64,000 nucleotides of DNA from Flavobacteriales bacterium. GTDB lineage: Bacteria; Bacteroidota; Bacteroidia; Flavobacteriales; UBA7312. Of this stretch, positions 16,960 to 27,855 are shown piece after piece. Made by a program: the position numbers and the translations under genes. Numbering within the stretch: the first letter of the stretch is position 1; every line of letters begins with the position of its first letter. The stretch is from assembly GCA_016779935.1 (NCBI GenBank), contig JADHMQ010000002.1, forward strand, positions 103,649 to 167,648, in the 5' to 3' direction. The notes under the pieces were generated by a model that saw only the letters and a list, made by a program, of their open reading frames with translations, did no database searches and had not been told where the DNA came from.

Positions 16960-18084
16960 ATGAAGATAACAAAAGATCAGATATTAAAAGCCTTAGCTAG
17001 TTTTACTTTACCCAATGGCGGTAAAGATTTAGTTTCAGCAAAAGCCGTACGTAACATTCAAATCTTTGGCACGGAAGTATTACTCGATATAGAAATCAAT
17101 AATCCAACACTTCAATACAAAAAGAAGGTTGAGGTAGATTGCATAAAAGCCATTCATGATTTTGTTTATGAAAAAGCAGACGTAAAGGTGAATTTAATCA
17201 TCAAAGCACCTGAAAAACAAGCTAACATTATTCGAGGAAATGAAATCCCTGGTGTCAAAAATATAATTGCCATAGCTTCAGGAAAAGGTGGAGTAGGAAA
17301 GTCTACCGTCTCTGCAAATTTAGCTGTAGCACTAGCCGATAAAGGATACAAAGTTGGCCTAGTAGACGCCGATATTTATGGACCTTCAATGCCAATAATG
17401 TTCGATGTAGTTAACGCAAAACCACAAGGGAAAGAGGTAGGTGGCAAGCGAAAAATATTACCTGTTGAAAGCTATGGAGTGAAGCTGTTATCCATTGGTT
17501 TTTTTGCAAATACTGATCAAGCAGTTGTATGGAGAGGAGCCATGGCATCGAAAGCTTTGAATCAAATGTTGTGGGATACTGATTGGGGCGATTTGGATTT
17601 TATGTTAATCGATTTACCACCAGGAACAGGAGATATTCACTTGTCTTTAGTGCAGTCGATACCAGTAGGTGCCGCCATTGTAGTAAGTACGCCTCAGAAT
17701 ATAGCCTTAGCAGATGCTCGTAAAGGTGTGGCAATGTTTCAAATGGACTCTATTAATGTGCCTGTTTTGGGCTTAGTTGAAAACATGTCTTACTTTTCAC
17801 CAGAAGAATTGCCAAATAATAAATATTATATATTTGGGAAAGAAGGCGCAAAGGCTTTATCCGAGCGATTGAATTTACCGCTACTAGCAGAAATACCACT
17901 TGTCCAGAGTATTAGAGAAGCGGCAGACATAGGTCGTCCAGCAGTTTTACAAGGTGCTACTCCAGCCGCAATGGCGTATATGGATTTGGCCGATAAAACA
18001 GTTGTAGAAATGAATAAAAGAAATGCTTTAGAGCCTACTAAAAAAGTAGAAATAACAAATATGAACGGTTGTTCAACAAAATAA
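16960..18084 (+). CDS. apbC: Mrp/NBP35 (ApbC) family Fe-S cluster carrier ATPase
   Basis: N-terminal DUF59-like domain and deviant Walker A IASGKGGVGKST. A ParA-like core, and CxxC replaced by the usual Mrp C-terminal region. Start moved to the ATG at 16960. Confidence 0.85.
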   Translation: MKITKDQILKALASFTLPNGGKDLVSAKAVRNIQIFGTEVLLDIEINNPTLQYKKKVEVDCIKAIHDFVYEKADVKVNLIIKAPEKQANIIRGNEIPGVKNIIAIASGKGGVGKSTVSANLAVALADKGYKVGLVDADIYGPSMPIMFDVVNAKPQGKEVGGKRKILPVESYGVKLLSIGFFANTDQAVVWRGAMASKALNQMLWDTDWGDLDFMLIDLPPGTGDIHLSLVQSIPVGAAIVVSTPQNIALADARKGVAMFQMDSINVPVLGLVENMSYFSPEELPNNKYYIFGKEGAKALSERLNLPLLAEIPLVQSIREAADIGRPAVLQGATPAAMAYMDLADKTVVEMNKRNALEPTKKVEITNMNGCSTK

Positions 18085-18085
18085 G

Positions 18086-18346
18086 ATGGGGATAATTACA
18101 GATTCAGCAATAATTGATAAGATTGAAGAGGCTTTAGCACAAGTGCGTCCTTTTCTCGAATCAGATGGTGGAGACATTAGACTAATTGAAGTTACTGATG
18201 ATTATGTAGTAAAAGTTAAACTTCTAGGCGCGTGTAGCGATTGTCATGTTAGTATGATGACGCTAAAAGCAGGCGTTGAACAAACCATCAAAAAGGAATT
18301 GCCAGAAGTAAAAGAAGTAGTTGATATTGATAAAATAGACAGTTAA
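18086..18346 (+). CDS. NifU C-terminal-domain (Nfu-like) Fe-S scaffold/carrier protein
   Basis: 86 aa with the GACSDCHVSMMTLKAGVE CxxC motif typical of Nfu/NifU C-domains. Lies 1 nt after the mrp stop. Confidence 0.85.
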   Translation: MGIITDSAIIDKIEEALAQVRPFLESDGGDIRLIEVTDDYVVKVKLLGACSDCHVSMMTLKAGVEQTIKKELPEVKEVVDIDKIDS

Positions 18347-18347
18347 A

Positions 18348-20183
18348 ATGACTCAAGAAACGGTCGAAAAAGTAGTCATATTTTTTGCTGGAGATTCTGG
18401 AGATGGTATTCAGTTAACAGGTTCACAATTCACCAATACAGCAGCTCTGTATGGGAATGACCTAAGCACCTTCCCTGACTTTCCCGCTGAAATTAGAGCC
18501 CCTCAAGGCACATTAGCCGGTGTTTCTGGTTTCCAATTATCGTTTGGAAGTACAGAAATTTTCACCCCAGGAGACGAATGCGACGTGTTAGTTGTAATGA
18601 ATGTAGCGGCTTTAAAAGCCAATATCAAGCGACTAAAAAAAGGAGGTGCTATAATTGTCAACACGGACGGTTTTGATAAAAGAAACCTTAGACTTGCTGG
18701 GTATGATGATGGTGAAAATCCCCTTTCAGACAATTCGCTTTCTGACTACAGAGTTAGTGAAATGAATGTTACTAAACTAACGCGAGAATGTTTAGTTGAT
18801 ATCACTCTTGGAATAAAGGAAAAAGACCGTTGCAAAAATATGTTTGTTCTTGGTTTTGTCTATTGGATGTATAACAGAACTCTAAATCATACCATTGACT
18901 CTTTAACCCAAAAGTTCAAGTCTAAGCCAGAGGTGTTAGAAGCTAATATAAAGGTACTAAAAGCGGGGTATAACTTTGCTGATACTTGTGAAATTTCGTC
19001 GAGTCGATTTGAAGTGAAGCCTGCAAAAATGAGTGCCGGTACTTACCGAAATATTATGGGTAACCAAGCAACAGCAATGGGACTAATTGCCGCCTCTCAA
19101 CAGTCCGGCTTAGAACTCTTTTATGGGACTTACCCCATTACCCCTGCTTCGGATATTTTACATGAGTTAGCTAAGCACAAGAATTTTGGTGTGAAGTCGT
19201 TTCAAGCTGAAGATGAAATTGCTGCAGTTAGTGCTGCAATAGGAGCGTCATTTGGTGGGTCTTTGGGCGTTACGGCAACTTCAGGCCCTGGTGTTGCCTT
19301 AAAAGGTGAAGCCATTGGATTAGCATTTATGTTGGAATTGCCATTGGTAATTGTCAATGTTCAAAGAGGTGGGCCTTCAACAGGATTGCCAACAAAAACC
19401 GAGCAAGCGGATTTATTGCAAGCCATGTATGGAAGAAATGGAGAAGCCCCAATTCCAGTAGTATCTGCAAGTACACCATCCGATTGTTTTGAAGCTTCTT
19501 TAGAAGCGTGCCGAATTGCTATTGAACACATGACACCAGTTTTCTTTTTGTCAGATGGATACATAGCCAATGGTGCTGAACCTTGGATGTTTCCTCAGTC
19601 AAAAGACTTGAAAGAAATTAAAGTGCCAATGACCACTAAGACTGAAGATTATTTGCCATACAAGCGCGATGAAAAACTCGTGCGCGAGTGGGCAATTCCT
19701 GGTATGCCTGGTCTTGAACACCGTCTTGGTGGATTGGAAAAAGAGAACGAAACAGGCAACGTATCATACGACTCTGATAACCATGAATTTATGGTGAAAA
19801 CTAGAGCTGAAAAAGTAGAACGAATAGCTGACTTTATACCCCTTCAAGGAATCGATTCTGGGGCTGACAAAGGCAAGGTTTTAGTATTGGCTTGGGGCTC
19901 AACTTATGGTGCTGTAAAAACTGCTGTCAAAGAATTACTTGTAGAAGGCTATTCAGTTTCACATGCTCATTTAAGGTATATTAATCCTTTGCCTAAAAAT
20001 CTTGGCCAACTATTAAACGGCTTTGATAGCGTATTGATTCCTGAAATAAATGATGGTCAATTGATAAAAATTATCAGAGATAAATATTTGATTGACGCTA
20101 TTCCTTTTAACAAGATCAAAGGAACGCCTTTTGAGGCAAGAGAAATAAAGAACAGAATAATTGAATTGCACGATGGAAAATAA
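18348..20183 (+). CDS. korA: 2-oxoacid (2-oxoglutarate):ferredoxin oxidoreductase subunit alpha
   Basis: 611 aa. N-terminal gamma-like domain [13 protein letters not shown] fused to alpha-domain blocks ([29 protein letters not shown]). Confidence 0.85.
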   Translation: MTQETVEKVVIFFAGDSGDGIQLTGSQFTNTAALYGNDLSTFPDFPAEIRAPQGTLAGVSGFQLSFGSTEIFTPGDECDVLVVMNVAALKANIKRLKKGGAIIVNTDGFDKRNLRLAGYDDGENPLSDNSLSDYRVSEMNVTKLTRECLVDITLGIKEKDRCKNMFVLGFVYWMYNRTLNHTIDSLTQKFKSKPEVLEANIKVLKAGYNFADTCEISSSRFEVKPAKMSAGTYRNIMGNQATAMGLIAASQQSGLELFYGTYPITPASDILHELAKHKNFGVKSFQAEDEIAAVSAAIGASFGGSLGVTATSGPGVALKGEAIGLAFMLELPLVIVNVQRGGPSTGLPTKTEQADLLQAMYGRNGEAPIPVVSASTPSDCFEASLEACRIAIEHMTPVFFLSDGYIANGAEPWMFPQSKDLKEIKVPMTTKTEDYLPYKRDEKLVREWAIPGMPGLEHRLGGLEKENETGNVSYDSDNHEFMVKTRAEKVERIADFIPLQGIDSGADKGKVLVLAWGSTYGAVKTAVKELLVEGYSVSHAHLRYINPLPKNLGQLLNGFDSVLIPEINDGQLIKIIRDKYLIDAIPFNKIKGTPFEAREIKNRIIELHDGK

Positions 20184-21174
20184 AGGATACACTGCTAAAG
20201 ATTTTTCTTCTGATCAAGAAGTGCGTTGGTGTCCAGGTTGTGGAGACTATTCCATTCTTAAGCAGGTTCAATCTGTAATGCCAGAAATAGGTGTTGACAA
20301 GGAAGATATAGTTTTTATCTCTGGGATTGGCTGTTCATCTAGATTCCCATATTACATGAATACTTTTGGTATGCACTCTATTCACGGTAGAGCTACAGCT
20401 ATTGCTAGTGGATTGAAAGCCGCACGTCCCGATTTAAGTGTTTGGATAATTACAGGTGATGGCGATTCCTTATCGATTGGAGGAAATCACCTTATACATT
20501 TGCTTCGTAGAAATTTTGACACAAATATATTGCTGTTCAATAATCAAATTTATGGACTAACTAAAGGGCAATATTCACCAACCTCTGAAAAAGGGAAAAA
20601 GACAAAATCTACCCCAATGGGTTCTATAGATCATCCGTTTAATCCTTTGGCATTGTGTATGGGAGCAGACGCGACTTTCATTGCACGAACAATGGATAGA
20701 GACCCAAAACACATGAGGGAAATGCTAAAGCGTTCTAACGATCACAAAGGCTCATCATTATTGGAAATTTATCAAAACTGTAACGTCTTTAACGATGGGG
20801 CTTTCTTTGGCATGACCGATAAGGAAACCAAAATGAATCAGACTCTGTTTTTGGAAGATGGTCAGCCTTTACTCTTTGGCGAAAACAAATCAAAAGGAAT
20901 AAAATTAGATGGGTTTAAGCCAGTAGTTGTATCAATGGAAGATACTTCAGCTGACGATCTTTGGATACACGATGAAAAAGACCGCGTAAAAGCTGGTTTG
21001 CTGACTCGGTTTTTTGACGATGAAATGCCACGACCATTTGGCGTGTTTTACTCAGAAGACAGAATGCTATATGAAGAAGCATTAGTTGGTCAAATAGAAG
21101 AAGCTAAAAACCTAAAAGGACAAGGTAATTTAGACGAATTGCTGAAAGGCTCGAATACTTGGTCAATAGACTAA
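20173..21174 (+). CDS. korB: 2-oxoacid:ferredoxin oxidoreductase subunit beta (TPP-binding)
   Basis: WCPGCGDYS Cys motif and TPP motif [14 protein letters not shown]...[11 protein letters not shown]. The ATG at 20173 overlaps the korA stop. Confidence 0.85.
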   Translation: MENKGYTAKDFSSDQEVRWCPGCGDYSILKQVQSVMPEIGVDKEDIVFISGIGCSSRFPYYMNTFGMHSIHGRATAIASGLKAARPDLSVWIITGDGDSLSIGGNHLIHLLRRNFDTNILLFNNQIYGLTKGQYSPTSEKGKKTKSTPMGSIDHPFNPLALCMGADATFIARTMDRDPKHMREMLKRSNDHKGSSLLEIYQNCNVFNDGAFFGMTDKETKMNQTLFLEDGQPLLFGENKSKGIKLDGFKPVVVSMEDTSADDLWIHDEKDRVKAGLLTRFFDDEMPRPFGVFYSEDRMLYEEALVGQIEEAKNLKGQGNLDELLKGSNTWSID

Positions 21175-23720
21175 AAGTCGAATTTTGCGCTAAATTTTAT
21201 TCCCATACCCCTTACTCCGAATGCACTACTGATTTGGTATTTATCATGTAGATAACTTATCCGTTTTATAATATCAATTCGTATAAATTTAAATACGTTT
21301 GTAATTCCAGCACTTACTTCAATGTAAGGTGTACGATTCATTAAATGTGTTGTTTTTTCTCCATTACTATTTTCAGGAAATTGTAGTAATTCAGGATGTA
21401 GATTAGGGTTGTTTTTGTCGCTTAAGCTACCAACGAGGGCTTTCAGCCCGATAACCTCTCGTACTTTTAACTTTTTTATCAAAGGTAACTTATTGAAAAT
21501 AGCTCCTTTAGAGAAATGATTCCATTGAATGGTTATGTATTCATCGTTTATGAATTCTAGATAGTTCATAAGGTTGAAGGACTTAAACTGATAACCTAGG
21601 GACTGGTTTGCAATAGGGATTTGTAAAATAGGAAAAGGCGCTGTGCCCCAAAATTTACCAACTTCAACCTCAATATCTGAATATCCCAAAAGGGGAATGT
21701 ATGACCGTTTGCCTAGTTCCAAACTACTTTTTGAAAAATTATACTCCCCATTAAAAAAGCCTGTAAAACCTTGAGTATGATTTATGCTCACTATAGTATG
21801 TTTGTTTTTTAGAATTCGTCTTTGATTTTTTGTCTGATAAAACTGCTGTTTAGGGGCGTATCTAAGCTTTAGACTTACCTCATCAGTATTTATATGTTTA
21901 TCGTATTTCCCAAGCCCATCGATAAAAATTAATTCGCCTAAGGGTATTAGTCGATTGTTATCGAAAAGAATATTAAAAGAAAACCCAGACTGAAATTCTT
22001 TTAAGTAGTCAAAATGAAAGTTATGTTTTAATATCATTTTATCAGAAGCGTTACTATTAAAAGAGTGAAGAAAATTATCGTTATCTAAACTCTGAGAGTA
22101 TTGCCCAGGGAATTGCGTGGCTCTCGAAATGGAAGTGTAAATTCTATTCTGCGGAAATCTTAAAAAATCCTCATTAAAAGAATAATTAAAGCCTGATAAA
22201 TATTTTATTCTTAAATCTCCCAAGCCCATAGCAATGTGTCCACTGATTTGATATTTTGGGTTAAATACAGTTGTAGTTCTACCACCCAATCTTAATTTAA
22301 GTCCTTCGATTTTGTTCCAACTAACAAATGTGGCAACAGTACCTAGTTCATACCAATTGCAATTGATCCAGCCTGAAGTTAGTATTGATGAAGTCTCATT
22401 AATAATTTTAAATGTTTTAGTATTTTGTATGCTATCAATCATGGTATAAATACCTTCCTCATTTTCATTTAACTCTTCGTGTCTATTTTCTTGCCAGAAG
22501 TCAGTGCTTTTATATTGGTCTGATTTTATAACATCACCTCTTGAACTATATATAGAATCAACGGCTTCTTTATTTATCACAAAGTCTTTAAAGGAGGTGT
22601 TCTTTTTGCCTACAATTCCAGTTTGTCTTTCGCCAAAGCTATAGTCAATGAAAATTGTATTACTGCTTTGCATCCATATTTCATTATTAACTTTCTTGAA
22701 ATTTTGTTCGATTTTCAAATCATTAACAAAGTTGAGGTTAATGTTTTTATTTATCCCCATTTCCAATTTTCTCACGGCATATGAGCTGTCATTTACTACA
22801 AACATATTTCCGCTGAAAGCAAAATCGGTTTTTGAGCGAGGAGAAAATCCTAAATTAATGCATGAAATACCTTCTACATTTACAGTGTCGATGATAAAAT
22901 ACTTATAAATAACAGGTCCAACATCGTTTATTGGACTAGGGAATTGATTGCCAAACAGTTCGATTTGGTTTTGATAAATGTCAATTTCAGAATATAACTT
23001 TTGCATAATGTGACCTATGCCGTCGTTGTCCATTCTATTTAGACTGCCACTCATTTTAGTGCCATGAAGAATTTCTTTTTTAGTTTCTGGATTTTTTCTG
23101 AAGAATACTTTTGATAGGGTTTCTCTTATAAAAAATGGGATAAAAGGTTTGCCATTAACTTCAGAGGTGTCTACATAATTTTCAAAGACGAATTGAAAAT
23201 TTTTCATAATTTTCTTTTCGGCTATTTTTTCGGAGAAATTATTTAAGTCGAACTCTTCTTTTTCATACTTGCTGTATTCGTAATAATCGAGTTTATGTTT
23301 CTGATTTATGTCTTTATTTTTAATGACCATTCGTGCTAGGTCTACAGCAGGATTTCCTTTGTTTTTATACTTCAGTTTTTTCTTTTCAACAATATTTACT
23401 GCAGCCAATTTTATTGATGTTGATTGCAGTTTAAAGTTTATGGTCTGAGGTTTGTTGTATTCTATAGTTTTTGTTGAGGTTGTATATCCTATGAAAGAAG
23501 CGCTCAAATTATCTGTTGCCCATTTTGTCTCAAGAGAATATTTGCCATCAAAATCGGTGATGGTTCCGACATTTGAGTTTTTGAATTTAATATTTACAAA
23601 GGGCATAGGCTCGTTGTTTTCATTAACAACTTTACCTTTTACTCTGGTAGTTTGCGCCTTAGAAAAATGAAAAACAGTAGCAAATAAAAGCAGAAAAAGA
23701 AGACTATTTTTTTTCATCAA
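21171..23720 (-). CDS. large outer-membrane-associated protein with carboxypeptidase-regulatory-like N-domain (DUF5686-like)
   Basis: 849 aa. Signal peptide, a CarboxypepD_reg-like block ([39 protein letters not shown]), and a beta-rich C-terminus ending in F. The family name is recalled, not searched. Confidence 0.6.
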   Translation of the reverse strand: MMKKNSLLFLLLFATVFHFSKAQTTRVKGKVVNENNEPMPFVNIKFKNSNVGTITDFDGKYSLETKWATDNLSASFIGYTTSTKTIEYNKPQTINFKLQSTSIKLAAVNIVEKKKLKYKNKGNPAVDLARMVIKNKDINQKHKLDYYEYSKYEKEEFDLNNFSEKIAEKKIMKNFQFVFENYVDTSEVNGKPFIPFFIRETLSKVFFRKNPETKKEILHGTKMSGSLNRMDNDGIGHIMQKLYSEIDIYQNQIELFGNQFPSPINDVGPVIYKYFIIDTVNVEGISCINLGFSPRSKTDFAFSGNMFVVNDSSYAVRKLEMGINKNINLNFVNDLKIEQNFKKVNNEIWMQSSNTIFIDYSFGERQTGIVGKKNTSFKDFVINKEAVDSIYSSRGDVIKSDQYKSTDFWQENRHEELNENEEGIYTMIDSIQNTKTFKIINETSSILTSGWINCNWYELGTVATFVSWNKIEGLKLRLGGRTTTVFNPKYQISGHIAMGLGDLRIKYLSGFNYSFNEDFLRFPQNRIYTSISRATQFPGQYSQSLDNDNFLHSFNSNASDKMILKHNFHFDYLKEFQSGFSFNILFDNNRLIPLGELIFIDGLGKYDKHINTDEVSLKLRYAPKQQFYQTKNQRRILKNKHTIVSINHTQGFTGFFNGEYNFSKSSLELGKRSYIPLLGYSDIEVEVGKFWGTAPFPILQIPIANQSLGYQFKSFNLMNYLEFINDEYITIQWNHFSKGAIFNKLPLIKKLKVREVIGLKALVGSLSDKNNPNLHPELLQFPENSNGEKTTHLMNRTPYIEVSAGITNVFKFIRIDIIKRISYLHDKYQISSAFGVRGMGIKFSAKFDF

Positions 23721-23751
23721 GTGGGCTTAAATTATAGCAACGAATGTACTA

Positions 23752-24531
23752 TTATTTTAAGTCATTTGGAATTTTACATACAGGAATTGGAATCATTTTG
23801 TGCGTGTTGGCAGCGTTCAATCTAGTGTAGATGTCCAGAACGTTTTGTTGTCTTTCGTTCAGTTCAGAAGACAAGCCGTCAAATGACATAGCCCATTCTA
23901 ATTCGGCATAAGTTGCCCCAATTTGATCTTCATCACTTCTATTGTCGCCCCAAAGTCCGTCGGTTGGTGCTGCAGTTAAAATATCATCATTAACACCAAG
24001 TTCTTTGCCTAATGCGAATACTTCAGTTTTGAGTAAGTCTGCTATAGGACTAATGTCCACGCCTCCGTCTCCGTATTTAGTATAAAATCCGATGCCAAAA
24101 TCCTCAACTTTATTGCCTGTACCAACAACTAAATACGAATGTAATTGGGCGTAATAATATAAAGTAGTCATTCTTATTCTAGCGCGTGAATTGACTAATG
24201 AAATCATATGATTTTCAAGGCTTTCATCAATGCTAACGGTTTCAACAAACTGGTCATAAATACCGCTTAAATCTACACAAGCTGAACTAACATTTGGATA
24301 CGTTGATTTTAGCCAGTTTATGTGCTGATTAGCTCTAGTTTCTTGTTCTTTTTGTTGATGAATAGGCATTTCCAAACATAAAACAGGGACGCCAGTTTTT
24401 GCCGCTAAAGTTGATGTGACTGCGGAGTCGATTCCTCCAGAAACACCAATTACAAAACCTTTAGATTTTGACGTGTTAAGGTAGCTTGACAGCCAATTGC
24501 AAATGTATTCTGTACATTCTTTTGTTCGCAT
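23752..24531 (-). CDS. nadE: ammonia-dependent NAD+ synthetase
   Basis: 259 aa. PP-loop VSGGIDSAV and typical NadE blocks (GTGNKVEDFGIGFYTKYGDGG). Confidence 0.9.
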   Translation of the reverse strand: MRTKECTEYICNWLSSYLNTSKSKGFVIGVSGGIDSAVTSTLAAKTGVPVLCLEMPIHQQKEQETRANQHINWLKSTYPNVSSACVDLSGIYDQFVETVSIDESLENHMISLVNSRARIRMTTLYYYAQLHSYLVVGTGNKVEDFGIGFYTKYGDGGVDISPIADLLKTEVFALGKELGVNDDILTAAPTDGLWGDNRSDEDQIGATYAELEWAMSFDGLSSELNERQQNVLDIYTRLNAANTHKMIPIPVCKIPNDLK

Positions 24532-24566
24532 AGTCTGGCAAAGTTAATAAATCGTAATTTTACAAC

Positions 24567-25541
24567 ATGAAAAAGTTAGGATTAAGTTTGTGTTTTTTCT
24601 TGCTAGTTATTCAGTTTTCGTGTGATAATTCTAGGCATTACTATTCAGATTTAGAAGTTTTACGTTTGGATAGCCTATATGTTGTTGATGTAGAAAACAC
24701 TTCTTTTAATACATATGCAAAAGATTATGGATACTTCTGGGAGTTGTATACCCAGGAAGTGATTCCATTACCTGAGGAAAATTTTAAAGATTCGCTCCTT
24801 AATTTTCAAGAAGAAGAAGATTTTCAAAAACCTTACAAGCAATTAAGTAAACAATTTGCAGATTTTTCAACTTACGAAAAAGAGTTTGCCGAGGCTTTTT
24901 ATTATTACAATCAGTCGTTTCCAACTAAAGTAGTACCTAAAATAGTAACCTTCTTTGGCGGATTTAATTATATCGCTATTGCTACTGATAGTACACTCGG
25001 TATAGGGCTAGAAATGTTTTTAGGAAATGATGCTGAATACTACCAGAAAATAATTCAAAAATTCCCGGCCTATATGCATTACCGCTTTCAGCCAAGTCAT
25101 ATGGTAGCTCTTTCTGTTGATGGTTGGTTAGAGTCTGAATTTCCACTTATTCATGCAGATTTTCTATCACAAATGATTCATTATGGGAAGTTAAAATACG
25201 CTTTGAGTCAGTTCATGAAAAACACCCCAAGTCATATTATTATGGGGTATTCCAAAGAGCAACTAGACTGGTGTGAAAATAGCGAGTTTTCAATTTGGAA
25301 ATTTTTAATTGAAGAAGGATTATTATACAGTACAGACCAATTTTTAATTAGCAAATACATTATGTCAGCGCCTTATTCCAAAGGTATGCCTATAGAATCG
25401 CCTGGACAGGTAGCCGTATGGGTTGGGTGGAATATCGTCAAAGAATTTATGAGTAATCATCCTGAAATCAGTATCAATGAGCTTTTTCAGATTAACGATG
25501 CTCAGTATATTTTAAACGAATCAAAATATAAACCAAGATGA
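24567..25541 (+). CDS. gldB: gliding motility lipoprotein GldB
   Basis: 324-aa lipoprotein (VIQFSC|DNS). The C-terminal half (QLDWCENSEFSIWKF...SPGQVAVWVGWNIV...SKYKPR) matches my recollection of F. johnsoniae GldB. Synteny next to nadE with a small gldC downstream. Confidence 0.8.
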   Translation: MKKLGLSLCFFLLVIQFSCDNSRHYYSDLEVLRLDSLYVVDVENTSFNTYAKDYGYFWELYTQEVIPLPEENFKDSLLNFQEEEDFQKPYKQLSKQFADFSTYEKEFAEAFYYYNQSFPTKVVPKIVTFFGGFNYIAIATDSTLGIGLEMFLGNDAEYYQKIIQKFPAYMHYRFQPSHMVALSVDGWLESEFPLIHADFLSQMIHYGKLKYALSQFMKNTPSHIIMGYSKEQLDWCENSEFSIWKFLIEEGLLYSTDQFLISKYIMSAPYSKGMPIESPGQVAVWVGWNIVKEFMSNHPEISINELFQINDAQYILNESKYKPR

Positions 25542-25864
25542 CAAAAAAACAATCAGAAATAAAAATCAATATAGATTTAGATAGTAATAATGTTCCAGAA
25601 CGAATGCAGTGGGAGGCTTCTGATGGAGGGCAAAATCTTTCAGATTGTAAAGCTGCTTTCCTTTCATTTTGGGATACAAAATCAAAAGAAACGTTACGAA
25701 TTGATCTTTGGACTAAAGAGATGAGAACCGATGAAATGAAACATTTTTTTCATCAAACTTTAGTGTCAATGGCGGATACCTTAGAGAGGGCAACTTCGGA
25801 GGATAAAATGGCGGCTGATATGCGCGATTTTTGCCATCACTTTGCTGAAAAGCTACTCAAATAA
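25538..25864 (+). CDS. gldC: gliding motility protein GldC
   Basis: 108-aa soluble protein that overlaps the gldB stop by 4 nt. The position and size are those of gldC in the gldBC operon. Confidence 0.7.
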   Translation: MTKKQSEIKINIDLDSNNVPERMQWEASDGGQNLSDCKAAFLSFWDTKSKETLRIDLWTKEMRTDEMKHFFHQTLVSMADTLERATSEDKMAADMRDFCHHFAEKLLK

Positions 25865-26452
25865 GGCATTCGTCTTTTCTACGAAAGCAAGTATTTCATC
25901 CTTTCCATTTTTGTTAACGGACGAGCTTAAAAATATTTGAGGTAATTCTTCCCAGCTTTTTAACATTTCTTTTTTGTAATGGGCTAAATTTTTTGCGCTT
26001 TCTGTTTTAGACAGTTTATCTTGTTTAGTAAAGCAAATAACAAAAGGAATGTTATTTTCCCCTAGCCATTGCATAAATTCGATATCAATTTCTTGAGGTT
26101 TTAATCGAGAGTCGAGCAAAACACATAAGCACATCAAGTTTTCTCTTTTTAATAGGTACTTTTTGATGAATTGAGAAAATTCTAGTCGTTTGGTTTTAGA
26201 TACTCCAGCGTATCCATAACCTGGCAAATCGACTAAGTACCAATTTTTATTTATGAGGAAGTGATTGATGAGTTGTGTTTTTCCTGGCCTTCCAGAAACT
26301 TTAGCCAAACTTTTTCGTTCAGTAAGCATATTGATTAATGAGGATTTACCCACATTAGATCGGCCAATAAAAGCGTATTCTGGTAAATTAGGAGCGGGGC
26401 ATTTTTTAATATCAGTATTACTGATTATAAACTCAGCATTTTTGATTTGCAT
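25853..26452 (-). CDS. engB: ribosome biogenesis GTPase YsxC/EngB
   Basis: 199 aa. G1 [13 protein letters not shown]3 DLPGYG, G4 TKQDK. Confidence 0.9.
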   Translation of the reverse strand: MQIKNAEFIISNTDIKKCPAPNLPEYAFIGRSNVGKSSLINMLTERKSLAKVSGRPGKTQLINHFLINKNWYLVDLPGYGYAGVSKTKRLEFSQFIKKYLLKRENLMCLCVLLDSRLKPQEIDIEFMQWLGENNIPFVICFTKQDKLSKTESAKNLAHYKKEMLKSWEELPQIFLSSSVNKNGKDEILAFVEKTNALFE

Positions 26453-26455
26453 CGT

Positions 26456-27229
26456 TTACTTTTTAATGTTCGCGTCTAGCCATTTCGAAAGAATTTCTAG
26501 AAACTGTTTAGGGTGCTCCCACATTGGAGAATGCCCACACTTGTCGATCCAAAATAATTCTGAGCGACTAAAAAGCCTATGAAATTCTTCAGCTACATGC
26601 GGAGGCGTAACGCCATCTTGCTTACCCCAAATTAAACAAACTGGAAAATCTAGCTCAGGGATGTCTTTGCTCATGTTATGCCGTATAGCAGATTTTGCCA
26701 TGGCAAGAAGTCGAATGACTGAGTTGCGGTTATTAGCAATTTCGAATACATTGTCGACTAATTTCTTAGTTGCCATTTTTGGGTCATAAAACACCTCTTC
26801 AGTTTTTGTTTTGATATAATTATAATCGCCTCTTCTTGGGAAAGTATCTCCCATAGAATTTTCATAGAGTCCTGAACTGCCCGTTAATACCAGAGAATGG
26901 ACCATTTCAGCAAAATCTTTTGCAAAAGCCAAGGCAATATGACCTCCTAAAGAATTACCAAGTAAGGTGACTTTTTCAGCTTTCTTAAACTCAAGAAAAT
27001 CATGAATAAAATGCTTGAAATTATTAATGTTTGTCTTAATTAAAGGCTTGTCAAATAAAGGTAAAATAGGCCCCAAAACTTTATAGCCAGAGTCCACAAG
27101 TCCAGGGATAATACTCTCAAAATTTTCTAACCCGCCCATCAAGCCATGAAGCAGTATAATAGTTGGTCCTTCCCCAACCTCTATGTACTCATAACCGTTC
27201 TCGTTAATTATGTCGAAGTCTTCAATCAT
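26456..27229 (-). CDS. alpha/beta-fold hydrolase
   Basis: 257 aa. Oxyanion HGLMGG, nucleophile elbow GNSLGG, and a C-terminal His (CGHSPMWEHP). Confidence 0.8.
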   Translation of the reverse strand: MIEDFDIINENGYEYIEVGEGPTIILLHGLMGGLENFESIIPGLVDSGYKVLGPILPLFDKPLIKTNINNFKHFIHDFLEFKKAEKVTLLGNSLGGHIALAFAKDFAEMVHSLVLTGSSGLYENSMGDTFPRRGDYNYIKTKTEEVFYDPKMATKKLVDNVFEIANNRNSVIRLLAMAKSAIRHNMSKDIPELDFPVCLIWGKQDGVTPPHVAEEFHRLFSRSELFWIDKCGHSPMWEHPKQFLEILSKWLDANIKK

Positions 27230-27329
27230 ATCAGGGGCAAAAATACATAAAATAAGTTGTCAAATCACATGATGAAATTTATATCACAATTGAGGTTTTT
27301 GGAAAAATATGTGAAATGTTATCAACAAT

Positions 27330-27353
27330 GTGGTAAAAAGTGGTAAAAAGTGG
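27330..27353 (+). promoter_or_regulatory. MraZ operator: three GTGG boxes with 10-bp periodicity
   Basis: GTGGTAAAAA GTGGTAAAAA GTGG, three phased direct repeats. They end 13 nt upstream of a near-consensus -7 box (TATATTTA, 27366-27373) and 41 nt upstream of the mraZ ATG. Confidence 0.7.
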
Positions 27354-27393
27354 AGCGAAATTATATATATTTACAACTTGTATCTATAAACGA

Positions 27394-27855
27394 ATGATAA
27401 ACCTAATAGGAACATACGAATGCAAGATTGATGCTAAGGGTAGATTGATGCTCCCTTCAGTATTGAAAAAGCAATTGGCTCCAGTTATCGCAGAAGGGTT
27501 TGTGCTCAAGCGCTCTGTATTTAGCAGTTGTCTTGAGATACATCCAGTGAGCGAGTGGAATGTTCTTATGGGAGAAGTGAATAAATTGAATCGTTTTGTA
27601 AAGAAAAATAACGATTTCATTAGGTTATTCACTGCTGGCGTGAAAATGTTAGAAGTGGATTCTAATGCACGTCTACAAGTGCCAAAAGATTTAATTTCTT
27701 TCGCCTCAATTTCAAAAAATATTGTTCTCTCTTGCTCCTTAAACATGATTGAAATTTGGGATAAAGACCAATATGAGCAAGTTCTAAAAGATGCAACTTC
27801 CGATTTCGCAGACTTGGCAGAAGAAGTAATGGGTTCAATTCAAAACGAGGACTAA
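27394..27855 (+). CDS. mraZ: transcriptional regulator MraZ
   Basis: Two SpoVT/AbrB-like halves with DxKGR-type motifs (KIDAKGRLMLP, VDSNARLQVP). First gene of the dcw cluster. The track GTG start at 27340 lies in the operator, so I moved the start to the ATG at 27394. Confidence 0.9.
   Translation: MINLIGTYECKIDAKGRLMLPSVLKKQLAPVIAEGFVLKRSVFSSCLEIHPVSEWNVLMGEVNKLNRFVKKNNDFIRLFTAGVKMLEVDSNARLQVPKDLISFASISKNIVLSCSLNMIEIWDKDQYEQVLKDATSDFADLAEEVMGSIQNED

Noticed and set aside
27384-27746. 120-aa minus-strand ORF opposite mraZ.
   Set aside because: It is antisense to mraZ, whose identity is supported by motifs, the operator repeats and its position in the dcw cluster.
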